Positions 1-5,807 of a stretch of DNA of 9,617 nt are shown in pieces (position 1 is the first letter of the stretch; each line of letters starts with the position of its first letter). The notes under the pieces are model-generated. The model did not search any database, was not told the DNA's origin, and saw nothing but the letters and a program-made list of their open reading frames with translations. The position numbers and the translations under genes were made by a program. This stretch comes from Polynucleobacter sp. MWH-HuK1 (lineage in GTDB: Bacteria; Pseudomonadota; Gammaproteobacteria; Burkholderiales; Burkholderiaceae): assembly GCF_018881815.1 (NCBI RefSeq), contig NZ_JACVPP010000001.1, positions 399,352 through 408,968 of the forward strand, in the 5' to 3' direction.

Positions 1-17
1 ATTTGACGCTTAACTTT

Positions 18-46
18 AAAGCCCGCTTATAAAGCGGGCTTTTTTA
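18..46. terminator. Bidirectional intrinsic-terminator-like hairpin at the 3' end of the recombinase gene
   Basis: The stem is AAAGCCCGC (18-26) paired with GCGGGCTTT (34-42), with a 7-nt loop. A T-run at 40-45 follows on the + strand and an A/T tract sits on the other side. The hairpin overlaps the recombinase stop codon (44-46, minus). Confidence 0.55.
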
Positions 47-613
47 TATCAACTCTACAGCTTTACGCAGCATATCGTCATTGGCATCTACATAGATTGC
101 TGTAGTAGATACAGATTTATGCCCCATTAGACGCATTAGCACACGCAGACTAGTGCCATTACTCGCTATGCCTGTTGCGTAAGTCCGCCTTCCGCTATGA
201 CTTGATGCTCCACTTACGCCTGCTTTGCGATACAACCAAAAGAACCATTGCGTAAGTGTATTAGCTGTAAATCCTTTTGACTTTTCTGTATAAAACAATG
301 GCAAAGACATATCTTTGACAGGATAGTGTTTTAAGTAGGTGCCTAATTCAGTTCGTAGTTTCTCATTGACAAATACAACTCGTGCCTTATTACCCTTAGT
401 TTGGTTGGCGGCTAAACGAATCTCACCCTTAATCGAACCATCCTCATTTCGCACATCACAAATTCTTAGCGCAGCAATTTCCCCTACCCGCATTCCACTC
501 CAATAGCTAGTAAGCAACATCGCCCTATTTCTAATGCTGTATTTCTGTTTAGTGCTGATATAGCGCAAAACCATATCAATTTCGCTTTGGTTTAGTGTTT
601 TAGCTTGCGCCAT
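44..613 (-). CDS. Short tyrosine recombinase/integrase (189 aa, catalytic domain only)
   Basis: The ORF shows the tyrosine-recombinase catalytic signature in order: R in GMRVGEI, K in TKGNKARVVF, H-x-x-R in SSHSGRRTYAT, and H...Y in GHKSVSTTAIY. It has no N-terminal SAM-like or arm-binding domain, so it is FimB/FimE-sized. Confidence 0.85.
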   Translation of the reverse strand: MAQAKTLNQSEIDMVLRYISTKQKYSIRNRAMLLTSYWSGMRVGEIAALRICDVRNEDGSIKGEIRLAANQTKGNKARVVFVNEKLRTELGTYLKHYPVKDMSLPLFYTEKSKGFTANTLTQWFFWLYRKAGVSGASSHSGRRTYATGIASNGTSLRVLMRLMGHKSVSTTAIYVDANDDMLRKAVELI

Positions 614-922
614 TTCGTCTCCCCATAAAAGAATTTATTGTTATTAGTATGTTTTCTTATGCGCAAAATTCCTACCGAAATTCAGCATTAAAAGAGTTTC
701 CATAAATCAATGACTTACAAATTCAGCGTGGGCTGAGATAAGAATTTCGCAATTTTCTTATGTCGCTATAGTCAATAAGCCACAGCAAAATAAGCCCTAC
801 AAGCAATTATTTAAGTATTCTGTAGCAAGAGCATTAAGTTAGTGAAGATTTAGCTTTGTAGATATGATTTAAAGCACAGCAGACAAATAAAGAATTAAAA
901 TCAAAAAAATATCAAAGCTAAG

Positions 923-1474
923 ATGAATAAAGATTTAGTAAAAAATAAATTCTACATAGGCGCTTACAGCGCAGCTATTCATTGGCATCTTTTACAAGCT
1001 AATGACTTTTCAACAACTTCAACAAAAGATTTAAAACTTTTAGCGTTGGGAAATAAATCATTTGGAATAATTGAAAATAAAATAACAAGTAAGCAATCAT
1101 TGATTTCAGATCCAACAAGAACAATTGTGGATTTATTGGATAAACCTAAACTAGTTGAAAATATATATTTGGTTGAAAAAGCATTAGTAAATTATGCGAA
1201 TTCGAAATATAAAAACTTTGAACTATTATTTAATTACGCTGAAAAATTTCGTAGTGGTGCTTTTTATAAGCGGCTTGGGTTTCTATTGGAACGAAACTAT
1301 CCCAATGAAAATGAAATATTAAGGCATTGTCTGACTAAGATTAGTCAAGGCTATAGCTATTTAGATACTAGAGAGACTTCAGATAAGATCATTTCCAAAT
1401 GGAATCTTTGGGTTTCTCAAGAAATGAAATCAAGTATAAAAAAAATACCCGCGCATATTTTTACTAGTCTGTAA
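923..1474 (+). CDS. AbiEi-like (type IV TA antitoxin / COG5340-like) C-terminal-domain protein, 183 aa, lacking the N-terminal wHTH
   Basis: Several motifs match my memory of AbiEi/COG5340 proteins: YIGAYSAAIHW, SDPTRTIVDLLDKPKL, YAEKFRSGAFYKRLGFLLE, SQGYSYLDT and KWNLWVS. The gene is very A+T-rich (18/60 G+C at 1081-1140). The Shine-Dalgarno sequence is weak. Confidence 0.6.
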   Translation: MNKDLVKNKFYIGAYSAAIHWHLLQANDFSTTSTKDLKLLALGNKSFGIIENKITSKQSLISDPTRTIVDLLDKPKLVENIYLVEKALVNYANSKYKNFELLFNYAEKFRSGAFYKRLGFLLERNYPNENEILRHCLTKISQGYSYLDTRETSDKIISKWNLWVSQEMKSSIKKIPAHIFTSL

Positions 1475-1517
1475 TTTAAGTTCAAGTGGTGATTTTTGAC
1501 CTATTGCCACCTTGTAT

Positions 1518-1589
1518 AGCGAACTGCGTTCGCTAGTGTTTCGTAAGTGCTTCGCACTCACTCACACATTTTTTCTCTTTTGATTTTTT
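1518..1589 (+). terminator. Probable terminator region for the AbiEi-like gene
   Basis: There are two hairpins: AGCGAAC-tgc-GTTCGCT (1518-1534) and AGTGC-ttc-GCACT (1546-1558). A T-rich tract TTTTTTCTCTTTTGATTTTTT (1569-1589) follows. Confidence 0.4.
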
Positions 1590-2166
1590 AGAGTTAATGT
1601 TTGAATGCTTTCGCTAGATTCAACCTACACTGAGCCTTAAGCAACAGGCTCAGTAATAGAAAAGGACTTTCGCTGAGTTCTTTACTACATCACTAAGGGC
1701 ATAACCATTTAGGTAAGGGCGGCTTCGCTGTCTCCTTTTATATGCGGCTGAAATGAAGCGCAACAATGACAACAGCATAAGTGGCTACCGTTGTCCTGTT
1801 TGAAAGTTGCTGTGTGAGCAGAGCTCTCTCGTGTTGTTATAGCACTATAGGCTATCAACTTTATGCTGATTAATTCTCAATTCAATTAGCTAGCAAAGCT
1901 AACGGCGTCCTGTTAAGGATAGTGAATATAAGTCTCTGCTACCGCACAGAATTTCCATCGCTGCGCACACCAATGGCCAGCTTTAGGGCGACATAACAAC
2001 TGAGTGTCGCTGCTCATTATCAGTAGTAGTAAATGGCATACAGATTGCTCTGCTGTCAAAGTTATTTATATGAGTGAAAAGAAATTCAGAATGAAAGTGG
2101 CGTTTTATTTGGTAAGACGGTAATTTGAGTTGAATTTCGGTTGTTCTCAATGCTTTTCCGAATTTA
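1590..2166 (+). other. ORF-free, G+C-enriched tract: candidate structured RNA, long leader or cis-acting DNA region
   Basis: The supplied six-frame track shows no ORF on either strand across 1475-2166. Stem-loops include TTGAAT/ATTCAA (1601-1623), CTGAGCC/GGCTCAG (1630-1653), GACAAC/GTTGTC (1768-1795), TTAGCT/AGCTAA (1886-1902) and GCGACA/TGTCGC (1988-2010). The pentamer TCGCT occurs six times. The strand is unknown. Confidence 0.3.
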
Positions 2167-2199
2167 TTGTTTTATTACACAAACAGAAAAGGAAGCACT

Positions 2200-2640
2200 A
2201 TGAGCACACTAGCAGCACTCAAACTAACATCAACTAAAAAGCCCAATCAAATTCCGCAGGTGCTACAGCGTAGAAATAAATTAGCTAAGCGTATTTGGGA
2301 GCAAATTGAATTGGCTAAAGCAGAACAAACAGGTGGTCAATTCGCCGTCAGTCGTTTTCGTAGCTATACAGACAAAGAAACAGGTTTGCGCAAACAAGTA
2401 GAAACACAAAAGCGTATTAAAGCGTGGTGGTTTGTAGGCGATAACGGTAAGCTAGCACTAGCAATTCGTTATGGTTCAAAAGTATTGGAGTTGGCGAAAG
2501 GAAAATTCGCAGTAGAGGTTGGAGCTTCCACTGAATTAGTTTCAACACTACAAGTAATTAAGTCCGCAGTTGAAGCGGGCGAACTAGACGCAGCTATTGA
2601 CTTTGCGGCTAACAAATTGCGCAGTGGATTTGTTAAATGA
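2200..2640 (+). CDS. Conserved-looking hypothetical protein, 146 aa, first gene of the small-protein operon
   Basis: ATG 2200 is preceded by AAAGGAAG (2187-2195). The track ORF begins at TTG 2167, but the ATG with the Shine-Dalgarno sequence is the better start. The composition is protein-like (MSTLAALKL...WWFVGDNGKLALAIRYGSKVLELAKGK...). I cannot name the family with confidence. Confidence 0.7.
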   Translation: MSTLAALKLTSTKKPNQIPQVLQRRNKLAKRIWEQIELAKAEQTGGQFAVSRFRSYTDKETGLRKQVETQKRIKAWWFVGDNGKLALAIRYGSKVLELAKGKFAVEVGASTELVSTLQVIKSAVEAGELDAAIDFAANKLRSGFVK

Positions 2641-2780
2641 AAAAATATAAGTTGTGGGTCCGCATAAATGGTTCGCAAACCGTATTCACTCTTATATTCG
2701 CTCAAAATGGTTTAGCAGCAAAGTCATTAGGCGAAGCGCAGTATGGCGTAGGTAATGTATTGAGTTTTAAAGAGGTGTGA
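2637..2780 (+). CDS. Small hypothetical protein, 47 aa, translationally coupled
   Basis: It is not in the ORF track because it is too short. Its ATG (2637-2639) overlaps the upstream TGA (2638-2640) as ATGA. The translation is MKKYKLWVRINGSQTVFTLIFAQNGLAAKSLGEAQYGVGNVLSFKEV, with the stop at 2778-2780. Confidence 0.5.
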   Translation: MKKYKLWVRINGSQTVFTLIFAQNGLAAKSLGEAQYGVGNVLSFKEV

Positions 2781-2786
2781 ATTGAG

Positions 2787-2987
2787 TTGCGTAAATACAC
2801 AATGCGCTTTTATGAATTTGCCACTAAGTCAATCAAACCAAAGCCACCTCTTACGCCCGCGCAGGCTAGAATTAACGCTCTTAAACAAGGTGTTGAAAAC
2901 AGCCGTCGCCAATTACAAGCAGAGCGTGAAAGACAGCGACGACAGCGTGATGCTGAGAGATTGCGTAAGCAGCTACAGCAACGCTAA
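2787..2987 (+). CDS. Small basic protein with an Arg/Gln-rich helical tail (66 aa from TTG 2787, or 61 aa from ATG 2802)
   Basis: AGAGG at 2771-2775 sits upstream of TTG 2787. The C-terminus RRQLQAERERQRRQRDAERLRKQLQQR looks like a real charged helix. The ORF competes with the N-terminal part of the 2782..3450 ORF. Confidence 0.5.
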   Translation: MRKYTMRFYEFATKSIKPKPPLTPAQARINALKQGVENSRRQLQAERERQRRQRDAERLRKQLQQR

Positions 2988-3159
2988 ACAGAAAATACCT
3001 AATTTGAATCAAACGACGGGTTTTCTGTTGGTTAGTAGTGCTATTACAAAATCATTGTTTTGTCGGACAAGAGGTATAGCAAAAATAATTCATAAAACTA
3101 TTGACTTTGATGTTGCCAATTGTGTAGAAGGAGCTTTATTCAATGTAAATGGAGACACT

Positions 3160-3450
3160 ATGAATTTGGAATTTCAATTTGCTCAATATCAGGTGAAAGT
3201 AAATGGATGGGGTGATGAGGAGGACCCGATCGTTATAAGTGGCGTAGATAGCCCCTCAGCTATGGCGGCAATTGAGCATCACTTAATTAATTTTGAAATG
3301 AAAATGAAGAATTTAGAGTGGCAATTGAAACTAAGCGAACACCTTACTACAAAAGACGAAAAGCATATTGCTAAATTAACGATTGATATTAAAACTACAG
3401 GTGAAACTAAAGAGTATTGGTTTGATATTACAGAGGCATTCAAATGTTAG
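3160..3450 (+). CDS. Hypothetical protein, 96 aa
   Basis: This internal ATG 3160 of the 222-aa track ORF is preceded by GGAGA (3151-3155). The upstream part of the track ORF overlaps the better 2787..2987 gene and then crosses an A+T-rich promoter-like tract (TTGACT at 3103-3108). Confidence 0.55.
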   Translation: MNLEFQFAQYQVKVNGWGDEEDPIVISGVDSPSAMAAIEHHLINFEMKMKNLEWQLKLSEHLTTKDEKHIAKLTIDIKTTGETKEYWFDITEAFKC

Positions 3451-3570
3451 CCATACATAAAGCAAGCGTAAATTATTTTTACGCTGCGTGGGACAAAAGC
3501 ACAACGCTTACAAAAAACTTTCCCCCTATGCTTTATCTCTTTGATTTTAAGTATCTCTTAGGCGGTCTAT

Positions 3571-3624
3571 CAGAGTTGAAAATCCTTGTGTCGGTGGTTC
3601 GATTCCGCCCCGGGCCACCAAGAA
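3571..3624 (+). repeat. tRNA-Phe 3' fragment (att-like site, copy A): anticodon loop to CCA plus AGAA
   Basis: The fragment contains TTGAAAA (3576-3582, GAA anticodon), TCCTT, variable loop GTGTC, T-arm GGTGG-TTCGATT-CCGCC (3593-3609), acceptor 3' strand CCGGGCC (3610-3616) and A-CCA (3617-3620). It closely parallels the 3' half of E. coli tRNA-Phe as I remember it. There is no matching acceptor 5' strand or D-arm upstream, so this is not a functional tRNA. Confidence 0.8.
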
Positions 3625-3629
3625 ATACC

Positions 3630-3659
3630 AAAACCACCTTCGGGTGGTTTTTTCTTTTT
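3630..3659 (+). terminator. Intrinsic terminator (UUCG tetraloop)
   Basis: The stem is AAAACCACC paired with GGTGGTTTT around a TTCG loop (3639-3642), followed by a T-run at 3648-3653. Confidence 0.8.
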
Positions 3660-3679
3660 GGGGCTCGAATTAAAACGGT

Positions 3680-3693
3680 AATAGGCATAGAAT
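3680..3693 (+). promoter_or_regulatory. Promoter module AATAGGCATAGAAT (-10-like TAGAAT at 3688-3693) upstream of the DUF2703-like gene
   Basis: An identical 14-mer recurs at 4190-4203. It is followed by GGGGG (3701-3705) and ATG 3712, and preceded by TTAAAACG, which resembles the right half of the 17-bp dyad. Confidence 0.45.
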
Positions 3694-3711
3694 ATTTTCA
3701 GGGGGCTTTAT

Positions 3712-4146
3712 ATGAAAACCATGCCAATAGTTTGGTATCGACTTGTAAAAGCGGGCGAGACTTGTATTCGTTGCGGGGAAACCCATCAAGAGCTTGAAAA
3801 GGCGTTAGCCAAGTTGAAATCGTCACTGCTGCCATTAGGTGTTGAGGTTACATTTGAAACTAAAGAGTTAACGGAGGCAGAGTTCAAAATCAATCCATCT
3901 AAATCAAATGAAGTTTGGATTGCGGGTAAGCCAGTGGAGGAGTGGCTGGGCGCTCGAGTTGGCATGACCCCCTGCTCTTCAGTTTGCGAAGGATCAAGCT
4001 GTCGCACACTTGAGGTTGACGGAAATAGCCATGAAACTATCCCTGAAGAGTTATTTGTAAAAGCAGGGCTGAGGGCAGCAAGTGAATTATTAACTTCTGA
4101 TACAGGCCCTAAATCTAATGCTTGTTGTGGCGGTTCTTGCGGATAA
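3712..4146 (+). CDS. DUF2703-like cysteine-rich putative metal-binding protein, 144 aa
   Basis: Motifs include GETCIRCGETHQELEKA, EVWIAGKPVEEWLGA, CSSVCEGSSCRTLEVDG and ETIPEELFVKAGL, matching my memory of DUF2703. The C-terminal tail is NACCGGSCG. The Shine-Dalgarno sequence is good. Confidence 0.6.
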   Translation: MKTMPIVWYRLVKAGETCIRCGETHQELEKALAKLKSSLLPLGVEVTFETKELTEAEFKINPSKSNEVWIAGKPVEEWLGARVGMTPCSSVCEGSSCRTLEVDGNSHETIPEELFVKAGLRAASELLTSDTGPKSNACCGGSCG

Positions 4147-4163
4147 GTTTTAGTATTGGACAG

Positions 4164-4180
4164 TGTCGTTTAAAACGACA
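4164..4180. promoter_or_regulatory. 17-bp dyad operator candidate, copy 1 (TGTCGTTT-A-AAACGACA)
   Basis: It has perfect 8-bp inverted arms and a 1-nt centre. It lies 30 nt upstream of ATG 4210 and immediately upstream of the TTAAAT/TAGAAT -10-like boxes. Confidence 0.55.
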
Positions 4181-4189
4181 AAATCATTA

Positions 4190-4203
4190 AATAGGCATAG
4201 AAT
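4190..4203 (+). promoter_or_regulatory. Promoter module AATAGGCATAGAAT (-10-like TAGAAT at 4198-4203)
   Basis: It is identical to 3680-3693. Only 6 nt separate TAGAAT from ATG 4210, and no Shine-Dalgarno sequence lies between them. Confidence 0.45.
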
Positions 4204-4209
4204 TAAAGT

Positions 4210-4545
4210 ATGAGAAAGATTTGTATTGCTCTCTGCCTAAGTTTATTTGCCAGCCTCATTCATGCGGTTGGCATGCCTACGTCTAACGATGGGCTAGATC
4301 AATTACATTTCCAGCATGTCATTCAGCATGATTGCCATACTCAGGCTGATACAAAAATTGATAAAACACATCAATCTACTAATCACCAAGCCCATCATCA
4401 ATGTTGCTTAGGGGTAGTTGCTAACCTATCTTCTAATCAATACAGGCAACCTGACTTTTCTAGTCATTTTGTTCCTCATGTTCCTCAATTAATTGTTGAG
4501 GCAATTCCTAGTCATATCTTCAAGCCACCAAGATTCATTAGTTAA
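4210..4545 (+). CDS. Secreted His-rich small protein, 111 aa, putative periplasmic metal binder
   Basis: It has the signal peptide MRKICIALCLSLFASLIHA. The mature part has 11 His and 3 Cys, including HHQCC. It sits in the metal cluster. Confidence 0.55.
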   Translation: MRKICIALCLSLFASLIHAVGMPTSNDGLDQLHFQHVIQHDCHTQADTKIDKTHQSTNHQAHHQCCLGVVANLSSNQYRQPDFSSHFVPHVPQLIVEAIPSHIFKPPRFIS

Positions 4546-4604
4546 TTAAGTAGTTAACTAATTTTTTGTGGCATTAAGCCACAGTAATCTATTGGAGAAA
4601 TCTT

Positions 4605-5279
4605 ATGAACATGACTCACTACATGGAGTTGTTGGCTGTTAACCAGCCTTGGAATTTAATTATTTTTATGGCCATTCCAGTCATTCTGGCTGAGACTTTG
4701 GCAATCACCGAGTTGTACCTATTATTCACTCGCAAGTTTGATGGAGCGGTTTATTACCTGAATCGTTTTGCTGGCATTGCTGTAGGCATTTATTTTGTTG
4801 GAATCATCATTTACATCATGACGAATGCGGTAATCCCAATTACCAAGGCGGGTGAATGGAGAACAGTGATTGATGTGATTGCTGTGGGTACTTACCTCAT
4901 AGCAGGATTGCCGCTCATTTGGATTGCTTTACAGGAAATGGGATTAGTCAATAAAGCATTGGATCAAATGGGTAAGCTAAAGATTCATGCGATCTGTGTT
5001 GCCTTGTTCTTGGTGTTTGGACACATCGCTATGATTGCCGGCATGGTTGATCCAAGCATTCTTGGTTATAAAGGTGCGAGTGCTCACCAAATGAGTTCAG
5101 GTGCGGATGATCATGAGTTCTGTCACCCCGAAAAGCATGAAAAGATGATGAAACAACATCAGAAAATGATGGGCAATATGCCTTCCAATCAAATGCCTAA
5201 GAACAGCGGACAGGTGCCTATGAATGATGGGCAAATGAAACAAAACATGCCAACGAACAACCAAGGACATACGCACTAA
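4605..5279 (+). CDS. Polytopic inner-membrane protein with a Met/His-rich C-terminal tail, 224 aa
   Basis: GGAG precedes the ATG. There are about 5-6 hydrophobic segments. The tail reads HPEKHEKMMKQHQKMMGNMPSNQMPKNSGQVPMNDGQMKQNMPTNNQGHTH, and Met-rich tracts of this kind are typical of Cu(I)-binding proteins. Confidence 0.65.
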   Translation: MNMTHYMELLAVNQPWNLIIFMAIPVILAETLAITELYLLFTRKFDGAVYYLNRFAGIAVGIYFVGIIIYIMTNAVIPITKAGEWRTVIDVIAVGTYLIAGLPLIWIALQEMGLVNKALDQMGKLKIHAICVALFLVFGHIAMIAGMVDPSILGYKGASAHQMSSGADDHEFCHPEKHEKMMKQHQKMMGNMPSNQMPKNSGQVPMNDGQMKQNMPTNNQGHTH

Positions 5280-5286
5280 TGAGAGG

Positions 5287-5308
5287 ATTGCCCGCAAGGG
5301 CAATTTTT
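5287..5308 (+). terminator. Intra-cluster intrinsic terminator or attenuator
   Basis: The stem is ATTGCCC (5287-5293) paired with GGGCAAT (5298-5304), with a GCAA loop. The T-run reaches 5308. Confidence 0.6.
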
Positions 5309-5334
5309 ACTTGTTGAAAGGAATGGTTAAAAAA

Positions 5335-5796
5335 ATGAAATTAATAAATCAACATAGAAGGCTGATCTTTTTTGGATTGGCTTTATTGCCAAGCTTGAGT
5401 TTTGGCGCAACACAAAAGCCTGTCATTACGATGTGGAAGAGCCCCACCTGCGGTTGTTGTAAAGACTGGGCGGACCATGTGGAAAAGAATGGCTTTGCTG
5501 TTAAAACCTATACAGATGGCAATGACGAAATTCGTAAGAAGTTAGGTATGCCTATTCAGTTTGGCTCTTGCCATACAGCCTTAATTGGTGGCTATGTCAT
5601 TGAAGGACATGTTCCTGCTAAAGAAATTAAGCGACTTTTGGTGGAAAAACCTAAAGCCATTGGTTTAGCCGTTCCTGCTATGCCGCTTGGCTCTCCTGGT
5701 ATGGATGGGCCTGAGTACAAGGGCAGAAAAGACCCCTACGATGTTTTGTTAATTGGATTAAATGGCAAGCCCAGTGTTTATCAATCCTACAAATAA
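5335..5796 (+). CDS. copG: CopG-like DUF411 periplasmic metal-binding protein
   Basis: It has the signal peptide MKLINQHRRLIFFGLALLPSLSFG. Motifs SPTCGCCKDW, SCHTALIGGYVIEGHVPA and GLAVPAMPLGSPGM are hallmark DUF411/CopG motifs. The track start TTG 5311 and ATG 5323 are possible alternative starts. Confidence 0.85.
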   Translation: MKLINQHRRLIFFGLALLPSLSFGATQKPVITMWKSPTCGCCKDWADHVEKNGFAVKTYTDGNDEIRKKLGMPIQFGSCHTALIGGYVIEGHVPAKEIKRLLVEKPKAIGLAVPAMPLGSPGMDGPEYKGRKDPYDVLLIGLNGKPSVYQSYK

Positions 5797-5807
5797 AGGA
5801 ATTTGAA

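Noticed and set aside
1475-2166. A decayed AbiEii toxin pseudogene downstream of the AbiEi-like gene
   Set aside because: No reading frame of appreciable length survives on either strand. The base composition differs sharply from the adjacent AbiEi-like gene. This cannot be fully excluded without a tblastn or profile search.
2987-3029. Long-loop hairpin AACAGAAAA / TTTTCTGTT after the 2787..2987 gene, considered as a terminator
   Set aside because: The stem is 9 bp and A/T-rich with a 25-nt loop. No clean T-run follows. It is too weak to call an intrinsic terminator.
2782-3159. N-terminal 126 codons of the 222-aa track ORF
   Set aside because: This stretch overlaps the more plausible 2787..2987 gene in another frame. 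It then crosses an A+T-rich promoter-like gap. A Shine-Dalgarno sequence (GGAGA) precedes the internal ATG at 3160. Only 3160..3450 was kept.
3599-3620. tmRNA (ssrA) 3' end as the source of the repeat
   Set aside because: Copy A extends into a TTGAAAA anticodon loop and a GTGTC variable loop that match tRNA-Phe. tmRNA has no such anticodon arm.
3541-3625. A possible complete tRNA-Phe gene at copy A, and mini-tRNAs at copies B-D
   Set aside because: Only the part from the anticodon loop to CCA is present. There is no GGCCCGG acceptor 5' strand and no D-arm upstream of 3571. The anticodon stem 5' side (CAGAG) does not pair properly with TCCTT. Copies B-D retain only the T-loop onward. These are fragments or att-type repeats, not functional tRNA genes.
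3444-3797. 117-aa ORF on the + strand
   Set aside because: It reads straight through the tRNA fragment, the UUCG terminator and the promoter region, and overlaps the start of the DUF2703-like gene. The peptide is low-complexity and implausible.
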